Below, one piece after another: positions 21,511 to 33,162 of a stretch of 64,000 nt of DNA. The translations under genes were made by a program, and so were the position numbers. Under the pieces are notes generated by a model. The model did not search any database. It was not told where the DNA came from and was given only the letters and a program-made list of their open reading frames with translations. Location: the NCBI RefSeq assembly GCF_006345805.1, contig NC_043020.1, positions 9,672,001-9,736,000 of the forward strand. Reading direction: 5' to 3'. Source of the stretch: Octopus sinensis (taxonomy: Eukaryota). Numbering within the stretch: the first letter of the stretch is position 1; every line of letters starts with the position of its first letter.

Positions 21511-22167
21511 AGCAATTTTAGTTTTTTGGCAAATTTGTTTGGGCGTCGGACAAATGCTTATTGGCCGTTCTTCCATCTCTTTACCATTTGAGCTCAAATC
21601 CCACCGTGATCGACTTTACTTCTCGTCCTTTTAACAACGATATAATAAAGTAAGAGTCACGTATTGGAGTCAATGGTATGTTTCATACCAAAATTCCACA
21701 CACTTTACATTTTCCTTACACCTTCTCCCCATACACATATTTTACAAGTTATTTGTTATCCACCTTTGATATTGAGCTGTTATGATAAGGTTCTCTAATA
21801 ATAACAATAACAAAAGAAGTGACTTGAGTCAGTGCGTCTGTTTATTATTGGTATGATGACCCACCCAAGATACAACAAAAGATATTTCAACACACGAGTT
21901 CACATCAAACCAACAAGTTGCTTGTTATCCACCTTTGATATTGAGCTGTTATGATAAGGGCCTCTAATAATAATAATAACAAAAGAAGTGACTTGAGTCA
22001 GTGCGTCTGTTTATTATTGGCATGATGACCCACCCGAGATACAACAAAACATCTTTCAACACACGAGTTCATATTAAACCGAATATAAAAACAGAAACAA
22101 TGATTGGTAAAAATCGATCTTGGGACCCGGATTTGAACGCAGAAGGGGAAGTGGCTTAAGAATTACC

Positions 22168-22398
22168 TATTTCTTTACTGCCCACAAGGGGCTAAACACA
22201 GAGAGGATAAACAAGGACAGACAAACGGATTGAGTCGATTATATTGACCCCAGTGCGTAACTGGTACTTATTTAATCGACCCAGAAAAGATGAAAGGAAA
22301 AGTCGACCATGGCGGAATTTGAACTCAGAACGTAACGGCGGACGAAATACTACTAAGCATTTCGTCCGGCGCGCTAACGTTTCTGCTAGCTTGCCACC
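22168..22398 (-). mobile_element. tRNA-derived SINE ending ...AAAGAAATA (GGT-junction family)
   Basis: 12-bp TSD TTAAGAATTACC; B box GAGTTCAAATTCC. More than 15 copies, e.g. 3356-3762, 10765-10948, 15000-15218, 18652-19125, 23297-23525, 25305-25530, 54225-54620, 58899-59312, 60633-61135, 62025-62253 and 63584-63814. Confidence 0.9.
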
Positions 22399-22460
22399 TT
22401 AAGAATTACCATTAAGCATTTGTTTGGCACACACAAAATAAATAAATAAATGAAGCTAAT

Positions 22461-22489
22461 TAGCAGAGCTTCTACTGCGCCACTCTGCT
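22461..22489 (-). pseudogene. internally deleted tRNA-iMet (29-nt acceptor microhelix), class A flank
   Basis: AGCAGAGTGGCGCAGTAGAAGCTCTGCTA: 43 nt are removed between GC microhomologies; the class A upstream region is retained to ~22730. Confidence 0.8.
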
Positions 22490-23864
22490 GGCTAGTTGGG
22501 CTGCCACACTATAGTGATTTCTTTCATAAGCCACAAAGCCATATCCGCGATGTGGCGAGTTGAATGTGATCGATCGATCGATTGTGAAGCGAACGGGAAT
22601 AAATAGACTAAAACTTCCGCTGTGTCAGTTTATAATCTAAAAATACCACAAACGGAGGAGAGAACGATTGTAGGATTAGCTAATCGAAGTTATTGAACAT
22701 TATCGATAATACACAAGCAACGGACATGCTTCATTGTGATTTGTCTTAAGTATATAGCATATGGCTCAGCTCGCATAGACTGGTATACAGATTGATATAT
22801 ATATACACATATACATACATGCATGCATGTATGGAAGCACTCCGTCGGTTACGACGATGAGGGTTCCGGTTGATCCGAATCAACGGAACAGCCTGCTCGT
22901 GAAATTAACGTGTAAGTGGCTGAGCACTCCACAGACACGTGCACCCTTAACGTAGTTCTCGGGGATATTCAGCGTGACACAGAGAGTGACAAGGCCGGCC
23001 CTTTGAAATACAAGGTACAACAGAAACAGGAAGTAAGAGTGAGAGAAAGTTGTGGTTAAAGAGTACAGCAGGGATCACCACCATCCTCTGCCGGAACCTC
23101 GTGGAGCTTTAGGTGTTTTCGCTCAATAAACACTCACAACGCCCGGTCTGGGAATCGAAACCGCGATCCTACGACCGCGAGTCCGCTGCCCTAACCACTG
23201 GGCCATTGCGCCTCCACTGCATGCATGTATACATGCATACGCGCGTGTGTATGCATGTACGTACGTACATGCGTACATAGGTATATATATATATATATTT
23301 CTTTACTACCCACAAGGGGCTAAACATAGAGGGGACAAACAAGGACAGACAAAGGGATTAAGTCGATTACATCGACCCCAGTGCGAAATTGGTACTTTAC
23401 TTATCGACCCCGAAAGGATGAAAGGCAAAGTCGACCTCGGCGGAATTTGAACTCACAACGTAACGACAGGCGAAATACCGCTTAGCATTTCGTCCGGCGC
23501 TCTAACGTTTCTGCCATTTCGCCGGTATATATATATATATATGTGTGTGTGAGTGTGTGTGTGTATAACAGATGAAGGGATTGTTCTACATGTTTTTTTC
23601 CGAATTCCACAGCTGACCCATCGTAATCATTGCCATCTTAACCCTATTGCTGCTACCCAGACCACAACAAAACACAGTCAACGGCCACAGCCGCTCTTCT
23701 AGCGCAATTGCCTCTCGACGAATGTGTCGATAACAGGCATATCACTAAAATTTTATAGTTTGGATCTCCACGGATATGGCTCAGGTCTTACTTTGAGGAC
23801 GACAGAGTACACCAAAAGTTGTAGTGATATACATAGGGGTGTTAGAGTGAAAGTAAGAATCAGT

Positions 23865-24540
23865 TTAAAAGAAGGTCTCCACCGTCACAGGCTCGACCAA
23901 AGACCTGTTGGACAGCGACCGATACCTTGACAGTTTGCTTTTCTCAGCCTGATGAGCGACGAAGTCAGGATTGGCAGCCGATAGAACTAAGTTGCTACTG
24001 GAGAAGGTGTCACAGCATGTGACATCCCAGATGTGGGGCCTGCCACCACGGAACTGGAAAATTGTCATACCGTCCTGCTTTTTATCGTTCCCTCGGTCTA
24101 GCCTCGCTGGCTTGAGCTGGGAAGGGAAGCCTGTGATGTCTAGGTCATACTTAATGATCCTATTAAGGATGGCATGGCGTGGAAGGCGACCAAAACTATG
24201 ATGGTATGACAGTGATTGGAGGCCAAGAGAATCCACAGTGGATCCGCAGCGGTGTTCATGAGGTTCGCAGATCTTAATGCCAGGCCTCAGGGAGACGCCG
24301 ATGCGCTGACAGTCGCTATGAGGCTGTGTGCCAGCTGCGAGTGATGGCTCTGCATTGAGCCAAACTCTGCTGTGAGGCTGGGGAGCTGAGCGAAAACGTG
24401 CCAGACGGTGCTGGTCAAATTAGCACATTATCATGTCCGCGATCATGCTACACAGGATGACGTCCCACTTCTTCTGAGAGGACTGGATGTCCAGAGAGGG
24501 GAGAAGGGGATGGACATCAGTAGGGCGCAGGCTGAGTTGG
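23865..24540 (-). mobile_element. CRE-clade-like non-LTR retrotransposon C-terminus (zinc knuckle plus restriction-like endonuclease), degenerate
   Basis: QKKWD...PHSRVWLNA...RIGVSLRPG...GRLPRHAILN...DKKQDGMT...WDVTCCDT...AEKSKLSRY...PVTVET; contains an in-frame stop and eroded CCHC residues. Confidence 0.8.
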
Positions 24541-24563
24541 CTCCATGTCGCATAGCCAGAGAT

Positions 24564-24877
24564 GTGTGGAGGCACATGGCCTAGTGGTTAGAGCAGCTGA
24601 CTCGCGGTCAAGGGATCGCCGGTTCGACTCTCAGCCCGGGCGGTGTGTGTGTGTGTTTATGAGCGAAACACCTAAGCTCCACGCGGCTCCGGCAGAAGGT
24701 AACGGCGAAACTTCTGCTGACTCTTTTGCCACAACTTTCTCTAACTCTTTCTTCCTGCGTCTTGCAGCTCACCTGCGACGGACCGGTGTCTCTGTCCAGG
24801 TGGAGAACCTATACGCCAAGGAAATCGGGAAACCGGCCCTTATGAGCCAGGTATGGCTCGAGAAGGAACAAACAAAC
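24564..24877 (+). mobile_element. tRNA(Arg-like)-headed SINE, tail type 3 (ends GAGAAGGAACAAACAA)
   Basis: Related head with a different tail; copies or pieces at ~25030-25105, 25620-25970, 26205-26332, 53855-54005 and 56055-56368. Confidence 0.85.
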
Positions 24878-25208
24878 TCTAACCATTTGGTGGGGTGGAT
24901 TGTGTGGCCCTACATAACACTTTGAGGCAGTATTTAGATCATTTCTGAATAGTATGTAGCTTGGTGAAATGTTGGTTACTATTAATCATGATATAGTTTA
25001 GTCTCCCAGATAAGCTTTATGTATAGGTGGGGAACCTCTACGCCAAGGAACCGGGAGACCGGCCCTTATGAGCCAGGCATGGCTCGAGAAGGAACAAACA
25101 ACAACATGGCCAGGGATGTAACTTACGACATCTCTTAACTGCAGATTTCACGAAAAAGCTTATTGAACGACATAACGGGGAAACTGTTTAAGAGGGAGGG
25201 AGAGAGAA

Positions 25209-25269
<61 letters not shown>

Positions 25270-26644
25270 TGAAGTCACTGATGCGACGTTTATGAATATC
25301 TGTTTCTTTATTGCCCACAAGGGGCTAAACACAGAGGGGACAAACAAGGACAGACAAACGGATTAAGTCGATTACATCGACCCCAGTGCGTAACTGGTAC
25401 TTAATTTATCGACCCCGAAAGGATGAAAGGCAAAGTCGACCTCGGCGGAATTTGAACTCAGAACGCAACGACAGACGCAATACCGCTAAGCATTTCGCCC
25501 GGTGTGCTAACGTTTCTGCCACTTCGCCGACGTTTATGAATATCGTTTTAAAAATTCCATACAAATCACAGTGTTTATACATCGTTTTTGTATTTTGTAG
25601 TGTTTTGTATTTTTTTTTTTTTGTCTAATTTGGTTTGTTCCTTCTTGAGCAATGTCTGGCTCATAAGGGCCGGTTTCCCGGTTTCCTTGGCATATAGGTA
25701 CCCCACCTGGACGGGACGCCAGTACGACGCAGGTGAGCTGCAAGATGCAAGAGGAAAGAGTGAGCCTTCTCGAGCCATGCCTGGCTCATAAGGGCCGGTT
25801 TCTCGGTTTCCTTGGCGTATAGGTTCCCCACCTGGACGGGACGCCGGTCCGTCGCAGGTGAGCTGCAAGATGCAGGAGGAAAGAGTGAGAGAAAGTTGTG
25901 GCGAAAGAGTCAGCAGAAGTTTCGCCATTACCTTCTGCCGGAGCCGCGTGGAGCTTAGGTGTTTCGCTCATATATTTCTTTACTACCCTCAAGGGGCTAA
26001 ACACAGAGGGGACAAACAAGGACAGACAAACGGATTAAGTCGATTACATCGACCCCAGTGCGAAACTGGTACTTTTATTTATCGACCCCGAAAGGATGAA
26101 AGGCAAAGTCGACCTCGGCGGAATTTGAACTCAGAACGTAACGACAGACGAAATACCGCAAAGCATTCCGCCCGGTACCTAACGTGTCTGCCAGCTCGCC
26201 GCCTTTCGCTCATAAACACACACATCACCCGGTCAGGTGTTTCGCTCATAAACACACACATCACCCGGTCAGAGATTCGAACCAGCGATCCCTCGACCGC
26301 GAGTCCGAAGCTCTAACCACTAGGCCATGTGTTTAATTTGGTACATCTCAAAATTCTTCAGTTTCATCTTTTTGTTCTTTTCGGTGTTTTAATACCCCAC
26401 CCCCAAAACTTTTTTATTATTGCACTTCCGCTGTTTTAAATGCGTTCATATACGCAGCATTCATTTCAAGATTTTACTGACATTCCTTCTCGAACACGGA
26501 ATTCATTTTCCTGTTTTGATTCACTCCCAATTTCCTATTCCCACGTGGCCCACACATGTCCTCTCTCTTGCCCATCCATCCTGTCTGTCGCACGTTGGTC
26601 TGGTCGGATTTAACATTGGTTGTAGTGAAGGAAAAATAAAACAA

Positions 26645-27135
26645 AATAAAAAGCTTTGGGGGTCATACGGCAAGTGACCAAGAGATTTTGTTACATCCTA
26701 CCAGCCTTCGTCCTCCCGCCCCCACTCTCCCCGTCCCGTTCTAGGGGAGTTCATTCATATCCCCTATCTCTCCCCTACCCTTTCTATCATCAGATTCTGC
26801 CGGAATTACTCCTGCTCATCCCTTTATTCAGCCCACAATACCCGCAACAACTAGCCTGCCGCCATCGCCTCCTTCCCCCAGTCGAGCCCCAAATAAAAAG
26901 CTTTGGGGTCATACGGCAAGTGACCAAGAGATTTTGTTACATCCTACCAGCCTTCGTCCTCCCGGCCCCACTCTTCCCGTCCCATTCTAGGGGAGTTCAT
27001 TCATATCCCCTATCTCTCCCCTAACCCTTCTATCGTCAGATTCTGCCGGAATTACTCCTGCTCATCCCTTTATTCAGCCCACAACACCCGCAACAACTAG
27101 CCTGCCGCCATCGCCTCCTTCCCCCAGTCAAGCCC
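26645..27135. repeat. ~248-bp tandem duplication
   Basis: AAATAAAAAGCTTT(G)GGGGTCATACGGC... occurs at ~26645 and ~26891. Confidence 0.9.
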
Positions 27136-27529
27136 CACCGGAAGTGCTAATGCTATTCACCCAGCTCTCCCCTCTACCTCAATCGCTAACCTGCCCTTCC
27201 TCCCCTTATTCACACCACCACTCCCGTTACAGCCAGCCTACCCCCATCGCCTTCTGCACCTCATCTAAGTTCCACCGCCAGAGTTAATGCGTTTCACCCA
27301 GCTCCCCCTCCACCTCCATTACCAACCTTCCTCCACCGCCATCCCCGAATTTTAATCCTAATGCTGACCCCACTAATGTCCGAAAATGTCATCACGGTAT
27401 TATCTACCGACGAGACATGACGTTGTAGCCAGGACACTCTGTAATGAAATCAGTCAGAAGGATAATCACAAGGACAAAGAGATAAGAACCCACAATATGC
27501 TAGAAGCCATAGCCACACATAATGAAAAA

Positions 27530-27785
27530 GAATACTGGTGGCGAATCTCAGGAAGCATGGAAGTTTTGAAGGATGTAGTGCTCCGACAACTAACAACTGA
27601 TGCCGGCAGTTTGTTCCATGTTTCAGCAACTCTCAGCGTGAAAAAATGTTTCCCAAAGTCATGGGAGCTGTGCTGTTTTCTGACTTTGTAAACATGTCCA
27701 CGAGTGTTAGACAGGTGTAGTTTGAAAAGGTGCTCAGAGTTATAGTTAGTAAGATGGTTAATAATTTTATGGGTGTCTGCTATCG
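27530..27785 (-). mobile_element. CR1-type LINE 3' fragment, different family
   Basis: HKII...NTRGHVYKV...HFFTLRVAETWNKLPASVV...SFK. Confidence 0.8.
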
Positions 27786-28410
27786 TACTATCATTTTCTG
27801 CTTATATTATTCTTTCCCCCCCTTTTAAAAAATTTTTTGCTCATTTTCTTTTGCCCTGTATTTAGTAAAACAAATTCAAGGATTAATTTTCAAAAAATTG
27901 CAAACTCGCAAAATGTTTTGAAAGGACGAACAAAGCGTAGGAGTGTCATCCTGTGCTGGCAAAATGTTTAGATAAACCGCCCTTTCCGGCATCTTTAATG
28001 TCAAACAAGTTTCAAATGTAACAATTACGGACGGGTGTACAATGTGTCATTTCTAATCCTCTGATGCATCGTAGGTATGCTTTAACTAAAAATTCCCAGA
28101 AACTCATCATATTGCAGTTATTTACCTTGCTTGTCTTCTTTTTTTTTTTATGTTTATGTTTTCCAGTTTCAGCTCTTGAGCTGTGGCCATGCTGGGGCAC
28201 CGCCATTGTATAGATTTAAAAGACATCTAGTGGGAGTTTTTGTCTAGTAATTGCTTGGATAATCACAGATGGTTGCGTGGTAAGAAATTTGCTTCCCAGC
28301 CACATGTTTCCGAGTCCAGTCCCACTGCATGGGACCTTGAGCAAGTGTGAATGGATTTGATAAACAGAACCTGAAGCTTGTCGTGTATATGTGTGTGCGT
28401 GTGTGTGTAC

Positions 28411-28518
<108 letters not shown>

Positions 28519-29640
28519 TGTCTGTGTTTGTACCTCCACCCCCATTGCTTGACAACCGATATTGGTGTATTTACGTCCCCGGTTCGGCAAAAGAGACCGA
28601 TAGAATAAGTACAAGGCATACAAAGAACAAGTCCTGGGTTCGATTTCTTCGACCAAAACCCTTTAAGGCGGTGCTCCAGCATGGCTGCAGTCAAATGACT
28701 GAAACGTATAAAAGAATAAATGAATATGTGAGACCTCACTCGGTTTGAGTATGATATGAAGAACAATCCTTTGACGTATTTTTTTGGGGTGGGTGGGCAT
28801 ATTGATGATGTTCAAAATCAACATAACAATAGTAGTTCTCTCTTTTTCTCTCACTTCTTCTCTCTCTATATATGGATATGTATCAAAACAGGAGACTGAT
28901 AAAAAGTTTTGGTAGTCTTTAATCACCATTACACATGTTTCATTTGCTAATAGGAGTTACGAAATTGTAAATGTAGGAGAAACATATAATTCATAAATGA
29001 GGGCAAAGAAAAAAATTTTTCTAATGCCAAATATGCCGAAAAATAGGACATATTGTCCATTAACCATATAATTTTTTCACAAAACGCACGCTACTCGAAA
29101 AAGGTCGACAAAAATTTCTAAAAAATTTCATCATTACCATATCGGACCGATTTCAGAGTTAGCTACTAAGAGCCCCCTCTTCGTCAGTGATACATGTGGC
29201 AGAAGAAATAAATGAGATACTTACTCGCACTCATGGAAGAAGCAAACACTAAGTCATGAGCACAACTAAGTACCCCAAATACATCCAAAATAGAAATACT
29301 CCAGCCCATTCAAGACACGTGCGATTTGAACTGAGGCTCTCACAGAGTGAGATAGTCCGAAGATATCTCCTATTAGAAATTCTTCAGGCAGAGAATCAAA
29401 TCATACAAAATGTACATTTGGATGAAGCCAATGATGTCTTGAGCTAACTGGATCCTATAAAGGAGCTGTTGTGGTAGCAGACCACGAAACACGGTTGTAA
29501 TTCCTCTAGTTTATAGAACATCTACAAACGGATTTGGAATACTGGAATAAGAATATCTGCTTCTAGAGGACACAGCTTGGATTTTAACCCAATCTGTTTA
29601 ATATACATGTATGTATGTATGTATGTATGTATGTATGTAT

Positions 29641-29990
29641 GTGAAGGCGCATGGCTCAGTGGTTAGAGCGTCGAGCTTACGATCGTGAGGTTGTGAGCTC
29701 GAATCCCGGACCGGGCTGCGTGTTGTGTTCTTGAGCAAGGCACTTTATTTCACGTTGCTCCAGTTCACTCAGCTGTAGAAATGAGTTGCGACATCACTGG
29801 TGCCAGGCTGTATCGGCCCCTTTGTCTTTCCCTTGGATAACACTGGTGGCGTGGAGAGGGGAGGCTGGTATGCATGGGCGACTGCTGGTCTTCCATAAAA
29901 ACAACCTTGCCCGGACTTGAGTCTAGGAGGGTAACTTTCTAGGTGCAATCCCATGGTCATTCATGACCGAAGGGGTTCTTTACCTTTACT
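29641..29990 (+). mobile_element. CORE-like tRNA-headed SINE inserted in an (ATGT)n tract
   Basis: TGGCTCAGTGGTTAG A box, CTTGAGCAAGGCAC core, flanked on both sides by ATGT repeats. Confidence 0.8.
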
Positions 29991-30149
29991 TTATGTATGT
30001 ATGTATGTATGTATGTATGTATGTATGTATGTATGTATGTATGCATGTATGTATGCATGTATGTATGTATGTATGTGTGTGTGCGTGTGTGTGGATCAGT
30101 ATTAGTCTTGCCAGAGTAGGCTTTGTTGAAGAGGACTAATAAATCTCCC

Positions 30150-30326
30150 GGCGTAACTTCGGTATAGGTACCGGAAGTACCGGATACATTTCAAGAAAGT
30201 GTTTTTTTTTTATATATATGGGGGGGGGGGTTAGGGTTAGGGGTGGGAGAAAAGGGTTTCTGTTACCTTCAGAAATGTAAACAAAGCCACTTCCGGTACT
30301 TATGGTACCTATACCGAAGGATCGCC
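30150..30326. mobile_element. MITE family 3 (TIR GGCG..CTTCGGTATAGGTAC)
   Basis: Imperfect 8-bp TSD (AATCTCCC/AACTCCCC); other copies at ~530-670 and ~1220-1379. Confidence 0.75.
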
Positions 30327-31142
30327 AACTCCCCTTAATATCCGTTACTATTCTCAGTTGGCTCTATAGACCGAAACACTGCCAGCCACCTAGCCCATAT
30401 TAAACCAAAAACTTCGATTAACTGATCTCAAGAAAGTTATCTCCCTTGAGATTTTATTATATTTTTTTTGTCTTAAACATTTCTTGGGTGAATTTTTGTT
30501 TACTCCTTCTTGGATAATTTTTAGTTGCTCGAAGTTTTTAACTCAGTCTATGATTTGCTTAGACCCTACGAAAAATGTATTTGCACGGAAAAAAAATCAG
30601 TTCATCAGACCAGTTTTAAGCAATCTAAATATTAACATTTTATTATTTTTATTTCGATAGTCATTAAAGTATTAAAGTTGTTTAATTATGTTTCGGCTGC
30701 AGATGGCTTTATATGAATTTAACACGTCGAAGTACAGTTATGACGTGTTATGTAATATGGACAGAGACGGGCACTTTCTATACAGAATAGTTTTGAAAAA
30801 AAAATAATAATAAAGCATCAAAACTCAGCTTGAACGGGTAGAATTTATGATCTAGTTAGAGCCGATTCCCCTTCGTCGCTCCAAATCGTCTGCAAGCGTA
30901 TTTTACTAAATCAATAAATAACTTATATCATGCAGTGTACACGGATACCCTCTTTCCCCTTGTTAACGATGCAATTCATATGTACTTTTAACTGGACTAG
31001 TTTTCTTGCCATTGTTTGTTAATATCGAGAGTTGCTTTTTATTCTTATATGTAAATAGTTGATTTACAGTGCTTAAAATGTTTTCTTTTGATGGTGTAAA
31101 AATTAGATTTCACATCAAATACATCGGATTATTTTGTTTCAG

Positions 31143-31208
31143 CATGTCATAGCAGCCATTACCATCATCACTAACACCATCAACATCATCATCATCATCA
31201 ATCAGAAG
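31143..31208 (+). other. candidate non-coding 5' UTR exon, possibly of CLPX
   Basis: TTTTGTTTCAG acceptor and AAG|GTAAGT donor enclosing 66 nt, in non-repetitive CpG-containing DNA. Confidence 0.4.
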
Positions 31209-32746
31209 GTAAGTGAGAGAGAGAGAAGATGCGAGCGGCGGCGGCGGTAGCGGCGGCAGTTATGGTGGTAGTGGCGGTAGTGGTGGTGGTGGTGATGGTA
31301 ATATTTACCGCGGAGTTAGAAAATTTTTACGTATCTGTGATTTCATAACCTGGTTGCAAATAGTTTCACTCCCTCCTACCACCGTTGCTTTAACAACTGT
31401 GACCACTACGTCGCCCCCCCCCACCACCACCACCACTTGTTCCTTTACCAAAAACATTAAAAAAAAAACAAAAAGAAAGAAATAAAGCAGGCGGGCGGAG
31501 TGATACAGTCTGTTCCGTTTACAAACATGGAGTCGTACGTGATCTGTTGGTGTTTCTTGTAAAGGACAGGAAAAGAAATCCTCTTTAACGTCGTCGAAGC
31601 TGACCCGACTTCTTCTTCTTCTTCCCCCTATTTCTGACACCTTACCTTTCAGTGTATGTTGTTTTTTATTATTCTTTATCGAAAAAAGCGACGTTTCCTT
31701 TTTGCCTCTGTTTTGCCATAACATGATTTTTTTTTTTTTCTCTTTCTAAAAGGTTAAACCTTTAACTTTTTTTTGCAAATCAAAAAAAAAAAACCTCAAA
31801 ACAAAAAAATTTGGGCGATCTTTCGTCTTTAGTAGACCTTTCCGTCGATTTCCGTAAAAAAATTTTTTTTATTTATTTTTGTATTGAAAAGTCAAAATCG
31901 GACAAAAAACCCCAAAAACTTATTTATTTCCCTATGCTAAGTTTAAAAAATTATGGTTAATCCTTAAATTTTTGCAATCATCAAAAAACCTCAAAACAAA
32001 ATTTGGGCGATCTTTCGTCTTTAGTAGACCTTTCCGTCGATTTTCGTAAAAAAATTTTTATTTATTTATTTTTGTATTGAAAAATCAAAATCAGAAAAAA
32101 ACCCCCCAAAAAACCTATTTAATTCCTATGCTAAGTTTAAAAAATTATGGTTTAATCCTTAAAAATTTTGTTTCCTAAATTTTACCAAAAAAAAAAAAAT
32201 AATAATAATAATAATAACAATAACAACTCATGTTTTTACTCATCTAAATAATTAAAAAAAATATTTAATTCCATACATTCCGGATCCTAATTAAGGTGTT
32301 AAAAAATATCACCTAATTTATCGGGAATTATAGTATTAGGAAAAATACTAAAAATTCGTCTAAAGTATGATTAATCTGCATCTGTTATTGTTTTGAATAT
32401 AAAACCAGAGTGTGACATCTTTAGTGAATCCATTTACTTAGTATTTCCTAATACGGAGGCCCATCGAGAGTCGTTTCAGCCGTGACCACCCTGTCAGTTG
32501 GACGACAGTCACCCCTGCCTCACAAAAAAAAAAAACCGAGCTCCATCTTTTGGACTCCCTTGTTCAACGTGTCCTTGCTTGACTTCGTTGTTTTGTTTTC
32601 AAAGGCAACAGTAGGGTAATAATCATGATGATGGAGATTTGATTGCTATTTCTAGCAGGTTGAGTTGCCCCTTAAAAATGTCTTTTCCTTGTTGCTTCAT
32701 TCTCTATAAATGCTTATGTGTCTGTCATTCAATGGGTCAAACGGAT

Positions 32747-32783
<37 letters not shown>

Positions 32784-32830
32784 AATTGAGAATTGCTAAT
32801 GCTTGTATACTTGAAGCATCCACTCATATA

Positions 32831-32868
<38 letters not shown>

Positions 32869-33000
32869 ACAAAGGGTAAAATTAATTAATTAACTAGTAA
32901 TCAATAATTTCACCAAGTAGAATTCGGCATGCTAAGGTTCTCTGGCTGCTATTTCTAAACAACTTCGGTATGTGGTAAAGCAAATCTTTGCTGAGCTCCA

Positions 33001-33060
<60 letters not shown>

Positions 33061-33162
33061 GTTTTGTGATGCAATCAGGTAAATAAAGCACACACATATA
33101 TATGTGTGTGTATGCATGGTATGTAAGTATCTATCTATGTATGTATCAATGGGGCACTTGTT

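Noticed and set aside
4661-22489. Repeated 72-nt unit with variable spacers as a CRISPR or other novel repeat-spacer array
   Set aside because: The repeat is a tRNA-iMet, and the spacers are homologous duplicated flanks hundreds of bases long.
23947-23970. CTGATGAGCGACGAAGTC as a hammerhead core
   Set aside because: It is the antisense of the CRE-like ORF; it has GAAG rather than GAAA and no stem I or III.
29225-29460. In-frame TGA as a selenocysteine codon
   Set aside because: No recognisable selenoprotein motif, further stops follow, and no SECIS is evident.
31213-31485. Gly-rich ORF (MREREDASGGGGSGG...) as a CLPX first exon
   Set aside because: It starts just after a splice donor, is low-complexity and lacks presequence character; the 41927 start already gives a complete frame.
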